A stretch of DNA of 64,000 nucleotides from Desulfuromonadales bacterium. Its GTDB lineage: Bacteria > Desulfobacterota > Desulfuromonadia > Desulfuromonadales > SZUA-540. The notes beneath the pieces were generated by a model that was not told the origin of the DNA, made no database searches, and saw only the letters and a program-made list of their open reading frames with translations. Where the stretch lies: the NCBI GenBank assembly GCA_033549025.1, contig JAWSUS010000003.1, positions 96,001 to 160,000 on the forward strand. Direction: 5' to 3'. Positions 53,727 to 64,000 of the stretch are shown piece by piece. Made by a program: the position numbers and the translations under genes. Numbering within the stretch: position 1 is the first letter of the stretch; each line of letters begins with the position of its first letter.

Positions 53727-54056
53727 TTACTTATCAACAGTCTCGTTACATTTTTTACAAAAACGAGTCTTGCTACCGTCCTCAAGTATCCGGATGCCGG
53801 TACGAGTCGGTTTATTGCAAGCCCCGCAAAGCAGAAGAACGTTAGAAGCATCAATCGCAGCTTCCTTTTCGACAATGCCGCCTTCCGCGTTGCTGCGACT
53901 GGGCCTAGTGTGCCGCTTCACAACATTGAGATTCTCAACGGTGATACGACCTTTTTCAGGAAATACACGGGTCACTTTCCCCGATTTACCCTTTTCCTTG
54001 CCCGCTATGATCATAACCATGTCATTCTTTTTGACATGAAGTTTCTTAGCCGCCAT
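53727..54056 (-). CDS. rplX: 50S ribosomal protein L24
   Basis: IAGKEKGKSG KOW motif, GGIVEKEA. Confidence 0.97.
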   Translation of the reverse strand: MAAKKLHVKKNDMVMIIAGKEKGKSGKVTRVFPEKGRITVENLNVVKRHTRPSRSNAEGGIVEKEAAIDASNVLLLCGACNKPTRTGIRILEDGSKTRFCKKCNETVDK

Positions 54057-54077
54057 GTTTCAATCTCCTACACAAAT

Positions 54078-54446
54078 TTAAAGGACTTCCGGCGCCAGAG
54101 ACACGATTTTCATGAAACGGCGGGCACGCAGTTCACGGGCCACAGGTCCGAAAATCCGGGTTCCTACCGGCTCACCCGAAGCATTGACAACAACCGCCGA
54201 GTTGTTATCGAAACGGATATAGGAACCATCAGGCCGAGGAACTTCCTTGGCCGTTCTGACGATCACCGCCCGCACGACATCACCCTTCTTCACCTTGGAA
54301 TTGGGCAGTGCCTCTTTGACCGAGCAGATGATGATGTCACCAAGGCCGGCATATTTCCGTTTTGAACCGCCGAGAACCTTGACGCAGCAGAGCTTTCGGG
54401 CCCCCGAATTGTCTGCGACATCAAGCATCGTCTGCATCTGAATCAT
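54078..54446 (-). CDS. rplN: 50S ribosomal protein L14
   Basis: [26 protein letters not shown]. Confidence 0.98.
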   Translation of the reverse strand: MIQMQTMLDVADNSGARKLCCVKVLGGSKRKYAGLGDIIICSVKEALPNSKVKKGDVVRAVIVRTAKEVPRPDGSYIRFDNNSAVVVNASGEPVGTRIFGPVARELRARRFMKIVSLAPEVL

Positions 54447-54458
54447 AACTATGGTCTC

Positions 54459-54725
54459 CTAAACGGTTACGTTCTTTTCAAGAATTTCGCGGACTCTCCA
54501 CCGCTTGTCACGAGACAGCGGTCTGGTCTCCACGATGAGAACCTTGTCGCCAACAGCACAGCTGTTCTGTTCATCGTGTGCTTTGTACGTCACCTTGCGC
54601 TTGATGTACTTTTTATAGATGGGATGCTTGACCAGCTGATCGACCTTGACCACCACGGTCTTGTCCATCTTGTCACTGGTGACAACCCCCACACGGGTTT
54701 TTCTGTTTCCACGTTCAGTCGTCAT
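54459..54725 (-). CDS. rpsQ: 30S ribosomal protein S17
   Basis: [26 protein letters not shown]. Confidence 0.97.
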   Translation of the reverse strand: MTTERGNRKTRVGVVTSDKMDKTVVVKVDQLVKHPIYKKYIKRKVTYKAHDEQNSCAVGDKVLIVETRPLSRDKRWRVREILEKNVTV

Positions 54726-54746
54726 ATCCAACCTCGTTGATCCTGA

Positions 54747-54935
54747 TTAAGCCTGCTTTTGCCGCAGAACCGTATTAACCCGTGCGATATCTTTTTTGAT
54801 TTGAGAAATACGGGCAGTATTTTCCAGATGCCCGGTATGCATCTGGAATCTCAGGTTAAACAGCTCCTGGCTGAGTTCCTGAGACTGTTTCTTCAAATCA
54901 TCAACGCTTTTATCTCTCAACTCATTAGCCTTCAT
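54747..54935 (-). CDS. rpmC: 50S ribosomal protein L29
   Basis: MKANELR...ELFNLRFQ...KKDIARV.T. Confidence 0.96.
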   Translation of the reverse strand: MKANELRDKSVDDLKKQSQELSQELFNLRFQMHTGHLENTARISQIKKDIARVNTVLRQKQA

Positions 54936-55350
54936 GAGCTTCTTCCTCCCTGATAACAAACTTGGTCTTCATCGGGAGCTTGTGTGCAGCAAGACGAAAA
55001 GCTTCGCGTGCAACATCTTCAGCGACTCCCTGCATTTCATAGAGCACCACTCCGGGCTTTATGACGGCGACCCAGCTGTCCGGGGAGCCTTTCCCCTTAC
55101 CCATACGGGTTTCGGCGGGCTTTCGGGTCAGAGGCTTATGAGGAAAGGCCCTGATCCAGATTTTACCACCGCGCTTGATATAACGCGTCATCGCCCGACG
55201 GGCTGCTTCAATCTGGCGCGAAGAAAGCCATCCGCACTCAATGGCCTGGAGGCCGAAATCACCAAAGTTAAGCTCGGTGCCTCCCTTGGCCGCACCTTTC
55301 ATGCGACCTTTAAATGTCTTTCTATGCTTAACCTTCTTGGGCATTAACAT
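54925..55350 (-). CDS. rplP: 50S ribosomal protein L16
   Basis: [22 protein letters not shown]. Confidence 0.98.
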   Translation of the reverse strand: MLMPKKVKHRKTFKGRMKGAAKGGTELNFGDFGLQAIECGWLSSRQIEAARRAMTRYIKRGGKIWIRAFPHKPLTRKPAETRMGKGKGSPDSWVAVIKPGVVLYEMQGVAEDVAREAFRLAAHKLPMKTKFVIREEEAHEG

Positions 55351-55381
55351 AGCAGTTTACTCCTATACCTGTCCTGGATTT

Positions 55382-56017
55382 TCACTGTTCTCTTGCGAGA
55401 ACTTCGCCCTTGAAGATAAGTACCTTGACACCGATAATCCCGTAGGTGGTTTTCGCCTCAGCGAATCCATAATCGATGTCTGCACGAAGAGTGTGTAGAG
55501 GCACTCTCCCTTCGCGGTACCACTCCGTACGAGCGATTTCGGCTCCTCCCAAACGGCCGGCACAGTTGATCTTGATCCCCTGTGCACCGAATTTGAGAGC
55601 TTGAGTAACCCCTTTTTTCATGGCGCGGCGGAAAGCAACACGCCTCTCGAGCTGAAGGGCCACGTTTTCGGCAAGCAACTGAGCGTCGATCTCAGGCTTG
55701 CGTACTTCCTGAATATTGATAAAAACTTCTTTATCGGTGAGTTTGGCCAGCTCTTTCTTGAGAGCCTCAACCTCGGATCCCCTCTTTCCGATGATGATAC
55801 CGGGACGAGCGGCAAAAATATTTATTTTTGCCTTGCTGGCCGCACGCTCGATTTCGATTTTGGAAATGCCTGCGTGATAAAGCCTCTTTTTGAGGTAGTT
55901 ACGCAGCTTAATATCTTCATGCAGCAGCTTGGCGTAATCCGCCTCGGCATACCACTTGGAGTCCCAGGTTTTGACGACTCCCAGACGAAATCCTACAGGA
56001 TGAACTTTCTGGCCCAA
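55382..56017 (-). CDS. rpsC: 30S ribosomal protein S3
   Basis: [35 protein letters not shown] start. Confidence 0.98.
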   Translation of the reverse strand: MGQKVHPVGFRLGVVKTWDSKWYAEADYAKLLHEDIKLRNYLKKRLYHAGISKIEIERAASKAKINIFAARPGIIIGKRGSEVEALKKELAKLTDKEVFINIQEVRKPEIDAQLLAENVALQLERRVAFRRAMKKGVTQALKFGAQGIKINCAGRLGGAEIARTEWYREGRVPLHTLRADIDYGFAEAKTTYGIIGVKVLIFKGEVLAREQ

Positions 56018-56037
56018 ACTATCACCTCCTAAACACC

Positions 56038-56370
56038 TTATTTTTCGTCAAGAATAACCGTCATGTGACTAGTCGGTTTACGAATACGGGTCGCACGTCC
56101 CTGAGCCCGAGGCAGGAACCGCTTTAGAACAGGACCCTGATCTACGGTAATCGACTTGATAAAAAGACGATCGACATCGTTAACACCCTTTTGCTCGGCG
56201 TTAGCCACTGCCGAACTGACAAGTTTAGCGACAATGGGCGCGGCCTTCTGGGGAGAAAACTTGAGGACGTTAAGAGCCTCCTGCACCCCTTTTCCACGTA
56301 CCATATCGACAACCAGTCGTGCTTTCTGGGGCGAAAGGCGCGCGTAACTCAACTTTGCTCTGGCTTCCAT
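56038..56370 (-). CDS. rplV: 50S ribosomal protein L22
   Basis: [21 protein letters not shown]. Confidence 0.98.
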   Translation of the reverse strand: MEARAKLSYARLSPQKARLVVDMVRGKGVQEALNVLKFSPQKAAPIVAKLVSSAVANAEQKGVNDVDRLFIKSITVDQGPVLKRFLPRAQGRATRIRKPTSHMTVILDEK

Positions 56371-56397
56371 GAAATGAAACTCCTCTAACGGAACTAT

Positions 56398-56676
56398 TTA
56401 TTTACGCTTGCTCTTTTTGTCGGCTCCGTGACCATAGTAGGTCCGGGTAGGAGCAAACTCACCCAGTTTATGCCCGACCATATTTTCGGTAACAAACACC
56501 GGGATAAACTTTTTACCGTTATGCACAGCAAAAGTATGACCTACGAATTCAGGAAGGATGGTTGAACGCCGCGACCAGGTCTTAATGACCTGCTTACTGG
56601 TAGTCCCACCTTCCAGATCGACTTTTCGCAAAAGGCTTTCTTGGACGTACGGCCCTTTTTTGATTGATCTAGCCAC
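56398..56676 (-). CDS. rpsS: 30S ribosomal protein S19
   Basis: [20 protein letters not shown]. Confidence 0.98.
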   Translation of the reverse strand: MARSIKKGPYVQESLLRKVDLEGGTTSKQVIKTWSRRSTILPEFVGHTFAVHNGKKFIPVFVTENMVGHKLGEFAPTRTYYGHGADKKSKRK

Positions 56677-56701
56677 TGCCGTCTCCTCTATTTAAAATGG
56701 T

Positions 56702-57526
56702 CTATTTAGTACGACGCCGGACGATGAATCGATCGGTCCGCTTGTTGACTCGGGTCTTGTACCCTTTGGTCGGAATGCCCCAGGGTGTTACAGGATGCCG
56801 GCCACCGGAGGACTTACCTTCACCACCACCATGCGGGTGATCAACAGGGTTCATGGCAACGCCACGGGACTGGGGACGCTTGCCAAGCCAGCGATTTCGT
56901 CCTGCTTTCCCCACCTTAACGTTTTCGTGATCCTGGTTCCCAACCTGACCGATGGTTGCGCAGCATTCCTGCAGGACGAGGCGAACCTCGCCAGAAGGAA
57001 GTCGAAGCTGGGAATACTTGCCTTCTTTGGCTGCAATCATGGCGTAGGTGCCGGCGCTACGGGCCAACTGGCCACCCTTGCCCACCTTCAGTTCAACATT
57101 GTGAACCCAAGTGCCTAGGGGAATGGCGCGGATAGGCATGGCGTTACCAGGCTTAATGTCAGCTTTTTCGCTCGCAACCACAACGTCACCAACACTAAGA
57201 CCGACAGGAGCCAAGATGTAACGTTTTTCGCCATCGGCATAGTTAAGCAGGGCAATGCGGGCCGTCCGGTTCGGATCATATTCGACAGAAACGATTTTGG
57301 CCGGCACTTCTTTTTTGTCCCGCTTAAAATCAATGATCCTGTATTTACGCTTGTGCCCACCACCCGTGTGACGCTTGGTGATCCGGCCATTATTGTTACG
57401 TCCTCCGGTGCGCTTCAGCGGTGCCAGAAGTGACTTCTCAGGAGTCGAGGTGGTGATCTCCTCATAAGTCGAAGATGTCATATTGCGACGACCGGGTGAG
57501 GTCGGTTTATACTTTTTGATCGCCAT
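56702..57526 (-). CDS. rplB: 50S ribosomal protein L2
   Basis: [32 protein letters not shown]. Confidence 0.98.
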   Translation of the reverse strand: MAIKKYKPTSPGRRNMTSSTYEEITTSTPEKSLLAPLKRTGGRNNNGRITKRHTGGGHKRKYRIIDFKRDKKEVPAKIVSVEYDPNRTARIALLNYADGEKRYILAPVGLSVGDVVVASEKADIKPGNAMPIRAIPLGTWVHNVELKVGKGGQLARSAGTYAMIAAKEGKYSQLRLPSGEVRLVLQECCATIGQVGNQDHENVKVGKAGRNRWLGKRPQSRGVAMNPVDHPHGGGEGKSSGGRHPVTPWGIPTKGYKTRVNKRTDRFIVRRRTK

Positions 57527-57559
57527 TATGGTTACTCCGTATCGCTAGATTACTTGCCG

Positions 57560-57844
57560 TTAGACCCCGAAGAAATCGATGGTGCCTTCAGCCAGGGTGA
57601 CGTAAGCTTTTTTGGTATTGGACCGTTTTCCGAAATTGCGACCGACCCTCTTAACTTTCCCGCGAGTCAGAGCGGTATTCACGTCCTTAACCTTGACGCT
57701 GAAAGCCTTTTCAACGGCTTGCTTGATTTCAATCTTGTTGGCATTCAGTGCTACTTCAAAAGCAACCACCTGGCCCACTTCTTTCTGCAGGCTGGTCTTC
57801 TCGGTAACCAGCGGTCTCTTAATAATCTGATGCAACGGTTTCAT
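57560..57844 (-). CDS. rplW: 50S ribosomal protein L23
   Basis: PLVTEK, ANKIEIKQAVE, KKAYVTL. Confidence 0.97.
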   Translation of the reverse strand: MKPLHQIIKRPLVTEKTSLQKEVGQVVAFEVALNANKIEIKQAVEKAFSVKVKDVNTALTRGKVKRVGRNFGKRSNTKKAYVTLAEGTIDFFGV

Positions 57845-58464
57845 CAGGCCAACGCTCCTTCCAGTTGAGACACGGCGCCCTCAGTCATCACGAGGTTCGG
57901 ATACTTCATGACGTCGTAAACGTTTACACCCTCGGCCTTAAGAACCTTTACAAAAGGAAGGTTTCTGGCAGACAACTCAACTTGGGGGTTTTCACCCTCA
58001 ATGACAACCAGCACCTTTTGAAGATCGAAGCGACCAAGAAATTCAGCAAAGGACTTGGTGCTGATTTTCCCGAGGTCAATCGTGTTGAGAACGGTCAGCT
58101 TGCTATCCTGAAAGCGCACCGAAAGAGCGCTCTTCAGGGCTGCTTTTTTAACCTTACGATTGAGCTTGAAATTGTAATCGCGAGGATTAGGCCCGAAAGC
58201 CGCCCCACCACCCACATAGTGAGGTGCGCGGATACACCCTTGACGGGCGTTACCAGTACCCTTCTGCTTATAGGGCTTTTTCCCGCCGCCAGCAACTTCA
58301 CTACGGGTCTTGCTGGCAGAGGTTCCCTGCCGACGGGCAGCGAGTTGATAGCGAACCATGTCGTGAATCAGGTAGGATCTGACTTCGGCATTAAACACCG
58401 CGTCTGAAATTTCCTTTTCAGCCACCTGGTTTTTATTTATGTCATATACAGCGATTTTAGCCAT
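57844..58464 (-). CDS. rplD: 50S ribosomal protein L4
   Basis: [25 protein letters not shown]. Confidence 0.98.
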   Translation of the reverse strand: MAKIAVYDINKNQVAEKEISDAVFNAEVRSYLIHDMVRYQLAARRQGTSASKTRSEVAGGGKKPYKQKGTGNARQGCIRAPHYVGGGAAFGPNPRDYNFKLNRKVKKAALKSALSVRFQDSKLTVLNTIDLGKISTKSFAEFLGRFDLQKVLVVIEGENPQVELSARNLPFVKVLKAEGVNVYDVMKYPNLVMTEGAVSQLEGALA

Positions 58465-58494
58465 GGAGTTTCTCCCAAATCATATATCTAGAGG

Positions 58495-59133
58495 CTACTT
58501 TTTAGCCTTAAGGCCTTTGCGGATCTCCACCACAGCGTTTTTTGGCCCAGGGATGGCACCTTTAACCAAAATAAGGTTCTGATCGGGGCGGACATCAACA
58601 ATCTGTAGATTCTGGGTGGTTACCTTTTTATTGCCCATCTGCCCAGCCATCTTTTTACCCTTGAACACCCTGGAGGGCCAAGCGCTGGCGCCGATAGACC
58701 CTGGAGCACGGTGGAACATGGATCCGTGCGTAGCCCTACCGCCGGAAAAGTTCCAGCGCTTTATAACACCCTGGAATCCCTTACCTTTGCTCGTTCCAGT
58801 AACATCGACGATATCACCGGCAGCAAAGATTGCCTGGCAAGTTATCTCATCGCCCACGTTATATTCATCCACGCTGTCAGCGCGAAACTCGCGAAGTGTA
58901 CCGAAGGCACCCTTGCCTGCTTTTTTGAAATGTCCAAGCTCGGGCTTACTGACGCGGTGGATCTTCTTAACACCGTAGCCGACCTGCACAGCGTTATACC
59001 CGTCCGTCTCAACGGTCTTCTTCTGAAGAACCACACAGGGACCGGCTTCAACAACCGTAACAGGAATTCTTCTGCCATCGATGGCGAAGACCTGGGTCAT
59101 CCCCAACTTCTTTCCCAAGATTCCATTTATCAT
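58495..59133 (-). CDS. rplC: 50S ribosomal protein L3
   Basis: [24 protein letters not shown]. Confidence 0.98.
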   Translation of the reverse strand: MINGILGKKLGMTQVFAIDGRRIPVTVVEAGPCVVLQKKTVETDGYNAVQVGYGVKKIHRVSKPELGHFKKAGKGAFGTLREFRADSVDEYNVGDEITCQAIFAAGDIVDVTGTSKGKGFQGVIKRWNFSGGRATHGSMFHRAPGSIGASAWPSRVFKGKKMAGQMGNKKVTTQNLQIVDVRPDQNLILVKGAIPGPKNAVVEIRKGLKAKK

Positions 59134-59166
59134 CGGACCTACCCTTACCTAATATGAAGATTAATC

Positions 59167-59475
59167 TTAAAGCTTAATTTCGACATCAACCCCGGCAGAG
59201 AGATCAAGCTTCATCAAGGCGTCCACGGTCTGCTGGGTCGGTTCGAGAATATCCAGTAAACGCTTGTGCGTGCGCATCTCGAACTGCTCACGGCTTTTCT
59301 TGTCAACGTGGGGACCACGAAGAACAGTGTACTTGTTAATTACCGTCGGCAGAGGAATGGGGCCGGCAATCCGGGCTCCTGTACGCTTGGCGGTATCCAC
59401 GATTTCGTTCACAGACTGATCAAGAAGCTTATGATCATAAGCCTTCAAACGGATTCTAATTTTCTGGCTCGGCAT
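59167..59475 (-). CDS. rpsJ: 30S ribosomal protein S10
   Basis: [30 protein letters not shown]. Confidence 0.98.
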   Translation of the reverse strand: MPSQKIRIRLKAYDHKLLDQSVNEIVDTAKRTGARIAGPIPLPTVINKYTVLRGPHVDKKSREQFEMRTHKRLLDILEPTQQTVDALMKLDLSAGVDVEIKL

Positions 59476-59490
59476 GACTCTATTCCTCTA

Positions 59491-60681
<1,191 letters not shown>

Positions 60682-60701
60682 AACTAAACCCTCCTCGGCA
60701 A

Positions 60702-62786
60702 TTAGCCCTTAACCTTGGCAATTACCTCGTCGGAAATCGCCTTGGGGACCTGCTCATAGTGGTCAAAAACCATGGTGTAAGTAGCGCGACCCTGAGTGGC
60801 ACTGCGCAAATCGGTGGCATACCCGAACATATTGGCCAAAGGTACCTGAGAATTGATAACCTGGGCAGCGCCACGCGCCTCCATTCCCATAATCCGGCCA
60901 CGACGGCTATTCAGGTCGCCGATGACATCTCCCATATACTCTTCGGGTACGACGACTTCAACCGCCATGATGGGCTCAAGCAGAACAGGACCAGCTTTTG
61001 CTGCCCCCTCTTTAAAGCCCATCGAACCCGCGATCTTAAAGGCCATCTCGGAAGAGTCGACATCATGATAGGAACCGTCGAAGCAGGTGACCTTGACATC
61101 AACAATGGGGAAGCCAGCGATAACGCCGTTCTGAGCGGCCTCTTCAGCCCCCTTGCCGACAGCAGGGATGTATTCCTTGGGAATAACGCCACCCTTAATA
61201 GCATCGACATACTCAAAACCAGCACCGGGCTCCTGCGGTTCAATGCGCAACCAACAGTCACCATACTGACCACGGCCACCGGACTGGCGCACAAACTTAC
61301 CCTGAACCTCGACAGTTTTGGTGACCGACTCGCGGTAGGCCACCTGAGGAGCACCCACATTGGCGGCAACCTTGAATTCACGCATCATGCGGTCAATGAT
61401 AATCTCAAGGTGGAGTTCACCCATACCGGAAAGTATGGTCTGCCCCGTCTCCTCATCCGTGTGAACACGAAGCGAAGGATCTTCCTGAACCAGCTTGCCA
61501 ATAGCGATGCCCATCTTTTCCTGGTCTGCCTTGGTTTTTGGCTCAACAGCAATACTGATAACCGGCTCAGGGAACTCCATGGCCTCAAGAAGACAAGCGT
61601 CTTTCTCGGAGCACAGGGTATCGCCCGTCGTCGTATACTTCAGACCGACAGCGGCAGCAATGTCACCAGAGTAAATTTCTTTGATTTCCTCACGCTTATT
61701 GGCATGCATCTTCAATATGCGGCCAATACGCTCTTTCTTATCCTTGGTGGAGTTGTAAACACTCGAACCGGACTCAAGGACACCAGAGTAAACCCGGAAG
61801 AAGGTCAACTGCCCGACAAAGGGGTCCGTCATGATTTTAAACGCGAGAGCGGCAAAAGGCCCACTGTCATCCGCAGGTCGGGTGATCTCGGCCTGAGTGT
61901 CAGGATCGACACCCTTAATAGGAGGCACGTCTGTCGGAGAAGGCATGTAGTCGACGACTGCATCAAGAAGGTTCTGAACACCCTTGTTCTTGAAGGAAGA
62001 CCCACACAGAACGGGATTGATAGCCAAAGCCATTGTCGCCTTGCGAATACCCGCCTTGAGCTCCTTATTGGAGATCTCCTCGCCGCCGAGGTATTTATCC
62101 ATCAAGACATCGTCATGAGAACAAACTTCCTCAACAAGCTTTTCACGGGCCTCCTGAACCTCATCGACCATCTCGGCCGGAATCTCGATGACATCGTATT
62201 TCGCCCCAAGAGACTCATCGTCCCAAACAATGGCACGCATCTCAACGAGATCGACAACGCCCTTGAAGTAATCTTCTTTACCAATGGGAAGCTGAATAGG
62301 GATAGGATTGGCGCCAAGACGGTCACGCATCATGCTTACGCCGCGCCCGAAATCAGCGCCGATACGGTCCATCTTGTTGACGAAGGCCATCCGAGGAACG
62401 CCATACTTGTCAGCCTGACGCCAGACAGTCTCAGACTGAGGCTCAACGCCACCAACCGAGCAGAAAACGGCGATAGCGCCATCGAGCACGCGCAAAGAGC
62501 GCTCTACTTCGATGGTAAAGTCAACATGCCCAGGAGTGTCTATGATATTGATACGGTGTTCGCCCCAAAAACAGGTCGTAGCAGCAGAGGTGATGGTAAT
62601 ACCACGCTCCTGCTCCTGCTCCATCCAGTCCATGGTGGCAGCGCCGTCATGGACCTCACCAATTTTATGGGAAACACCAGTGTAGAACAGAATACGTTCG
62701 GTCGTCGTAGTCTTGCCGGCATCGATATGTGCCATAATGCCGATATTACGCGTTTTTGCGAGTGATACTTTTCGTGCCACTGTCAT
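60702..62786 (-). CDS. fusA: Elongation factor G
   Basis: [30 protein letters not shown]; start 62786 (ATG) or 62780 (GTG). Confidence 0.98.
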   Translation of the reverse strand: MTVARKVSLAKTRNIGIMAHIDAGKTTTTERILFYTGVSHKIGEVHDGAATMDWMEQEQERGITITSAATTCFWGEHRINIIDTPGHVDFTIEVERSLRVLDGAIAVFCSVGGVEPQSETVWRQADKYGVPRMAFVNKMDRIGADFGRGVSMMRDRLGANPIPIQLPIGKEDYFKGVVDLVEMRAIVWDDESLGAKYDVIEIPAEMVDEVQEAREKLVEEVCSHDDVLMDKYLGGEEISNKELKAGIRKATMALAINPVLCGSSFKNKGVQNLLDAVVDYMPSPTDVPPIKGVDPDTQAEITRPADDSGPFAALAFKIMTDPFVGQLTFFRVYSGVLESGSSVYNSTKDKKERIGRILKMHANKREEIKEIYSGDIAAAVGLKYTTTGDTLCSEKDACLLEAMEFPEPVISIAVEPKTKADQEKMGIAIGKLVQEDPSLRVHTDEETGQTILSGMGELHLEIIIDRMMREFKVAANVGAPQVAYRESVTKTVEVQGKFVRQSGGRGQYGDCWLRIEPQEPGAGFEYVDAIKGGVIPKEYIPAVGKGAEEAAQNGVIAGFPIVDVKVTCFDGSYHDVDSSEMAFKIAGSMGFKEGAAKAGPVLLEPIMAVEVVVPEEYMGDVIGDLNSRRGRIMGMEARGAAQVINSQVPLANMFGYATDLRSATQGRATYTMVFDHYEQVPKAISDEVIAKVKG

Positions 62787-62816
62787 TGATCCTTTCAGGG
62801 TCCTGCGATCGCCAGC

Positions 62817-63287
62817 CTACCAGCGGTAGTGAGCAAAGGCCTTGTTCGCTTCAGCCATACGGTGGGTATCCTCTTTCTTCTTCACAGAAGCACCGCGATT
62901 ATTGGCGGCATCAAGAAGCTCCCCAGCCAAACGCTCTTCCATCGTCTTCTCGCCACGAGCGCGGGAATAGGTCATAATCCAGCGCATCGCCAGAGCACTA
63001 CGACGGTCCGCACGAACCTCGACAGGAACCTGGTAAGTCGAGCCACCAACACGACGGGACTTAACTTCCACAACCGGACGAACATTCTCCATAGCCTTCT
63101 TGAAGACATCCAAAGGCTCGTCATCGACCCGGGAGGAGATCAGATCAAAGGCACCATAGACAATACTCTCAGCGGTGCTCTTCTTACCGTCCAGCATAAG
63201 AAAGTTAACAAACTTCGCCACCAGACGATCACCATATTTAGGATCGGGGAGAATAACCCGCTTAGCAACTTCTCTTCTTCTCGGCAT
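62817..63287 (-). CDS. rpsG: 30S ribosomal protein S7
   Basis: [28 protein letters not shown]. Confidence 0.98.
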   Translation of the reverse strand: MPRRREVAKRVILPDPKYGDRLVAKFVNFLMLDGKKSTAESIVYGAFDLISSRVDDEPLDVFKKAMENVRPVVEVKSRRVGGSTYQVPVEVRADRRSALAMRWIMTYSRARGEKTMEERLAGELLDAANNRGASVKKKEDTHRMAEANKAFAHYRW

Positions 63288-63309
63288 AGCTTCCTCTCAG
63301 CCTTCTACT

Positions 63310-63681
63310 TTATTTAGGGCGCTTGGCACCGTATTTAGAACGACCCTGCTTACGATTCTTTACACCGGCAAGGTCCAGGGTACCACGGACGATATGATAA
63401 CGAACGCCAGGCAAATCCTTGACGCGGCCGCCACGAATCAAAACCACAGAGTGTTCCTGCAGATTATGGCCCACCCCGGGAATGTAAGAGGTCACTACGA
63501 CACCGTTGGTGAGACGCACACGTGCCACCTTACGAAGAGCGGAGTTCGGCTTCTTCGGAGTCGTGGTATAGACGCGGGTACACACTCCACGCTTCTGAGG
63601 ATTACTCTTAAGCGCAGGCGCGGTAGATTTTCTTTCTTTTTTTTCGCGTCCATTGCGGATCAACTGATTAATAGTCGGCAT
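63310..63681 (-). CDS. rpsL: 30S ribosomal protein S12
   Basis: [30 protein letters not shown]. Confidence 0.99.
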   Translation of the reverse strand: MPTINQLIRNGREKKERKSTAPALKSNPQKRGVCTRVYTTTPKKPNSALRKVARVRLTNGVVVTSYIPGVGHNLQEHSVVLIRGGRVKDLPGVRYHIVRGTLDLAGVKNRKQGRSKYGAKRPK

Positions 63682-63753
63682 CTACATACTCCCGATAAAC
63701 GTATTCTCAATGTTGAAAGAACAAAAGATTTACAACAGGGGAAAAACCCGCAA

Positions 63754-63782
63754 ACATTATCAATCGGCCTCAACTTTGTCAA
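63754..63782 (-). promoter_or_regulatory. Sigma70 promoter of the str/S10 operon
   Basis: TTGACA-17 nt-TAATGT with TGn extension. Confidence 0.6.
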
Positions 63783-63845
63783 GGCATTTTTTAGGCCACT
63801 GCTAAAAAAGACACAGTGGCCTAATTGCAACGTATTTTCAAACAG

Positions 63846-64000
63846 TTATTCGACAGAGATATCTTCACTCTCTTCGACAACATCGTCGTCGATGTCTTCC
63901 TCGTAGACCTCCGGCACCTCTTCAGGCTCCTCAATATTGAGTTTGGCGCTGCGGTACTTGGAAATCCCGGTGCCAGCAGGGATCAACCGTCCCATGATGA
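63846..64000 (-). CDS. rpoC: RNA polymerase beta' subunit, C-terminal end (truncated by window edge)
   Basis: Minus strand reads IMGRLIPAGTGISKYRSAKLNIEEPEE...SVE-TAA; GRLIPAGTG is the RpoC terminal motif; lies upstream of rpsL. Confidence 0.93.
   Translation of the reverse strand, partial: IMGRLIPAGTGISKYRSAKLNIEEPEEVPEVYEEDIDDDVVEESEDISVE

Noticed and set aside
60759..62765. 668-aa plus-strand ORF (also 59266-60687, 26615-28405, 38320-39648, 53199-54365)
   Set aside because: These lie antisense to fusA, tuf, argS, trpB2 and ribosomal genes, have no recognisable motifs, and are expected shadows of biased codon usage in GC-rich DNA
63791..63824. 11-bp inverted repeat after rpoC as a terminator
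   Set aside because: On the rpoC strand it is followed by A rather than U and has a 12-nt loop; its role is unclear

Overview
A core chromosomal segment, most likely from a Desulfuromonadales/Geobacter-like deltaproteobacterium (inferred from gene order and protein style, not from a search). From left to right: the 3' end of trpS, three tiny genes, a TIGR02757-type gene, a DUF485-actP acetate permease operon, a membrane protein and a LysR regulator. An almost unbroken minus-strand run follows: asnS, an MBL hydrolase, prfC, a comEA-like gene, cimA, lysC, tsaE, CBS, nnr, acpS, pdxJ, glmM, cdaR, cdaA, folP, ftsH, tilS, two CAU tRNAs, SPOR, argS, ftsB, comEA, lptD, folC, accD and the trp operon (trpE-G-D-C-B2-F-B-rhlB-udg-A). 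The window ends with the alpha/spc/S10/str ribosomal supercluster and the 3' end of rpoC. I saw no CRISPR array, integrase, transposase, prophage or defence island, and I cannot claim a clearly new system. The best leads are a structured leader with a terminator-like hairpin upstream of lysC, a 59-aa four-Cys ORF before argS that is missing from the ORF track (one of three four-Cys microproteins), a stand-alone CBS protein in the cdaA gene run, a palindromic operator and long leader before actP, and a trp operon interrupted by helicase and UDG genes.
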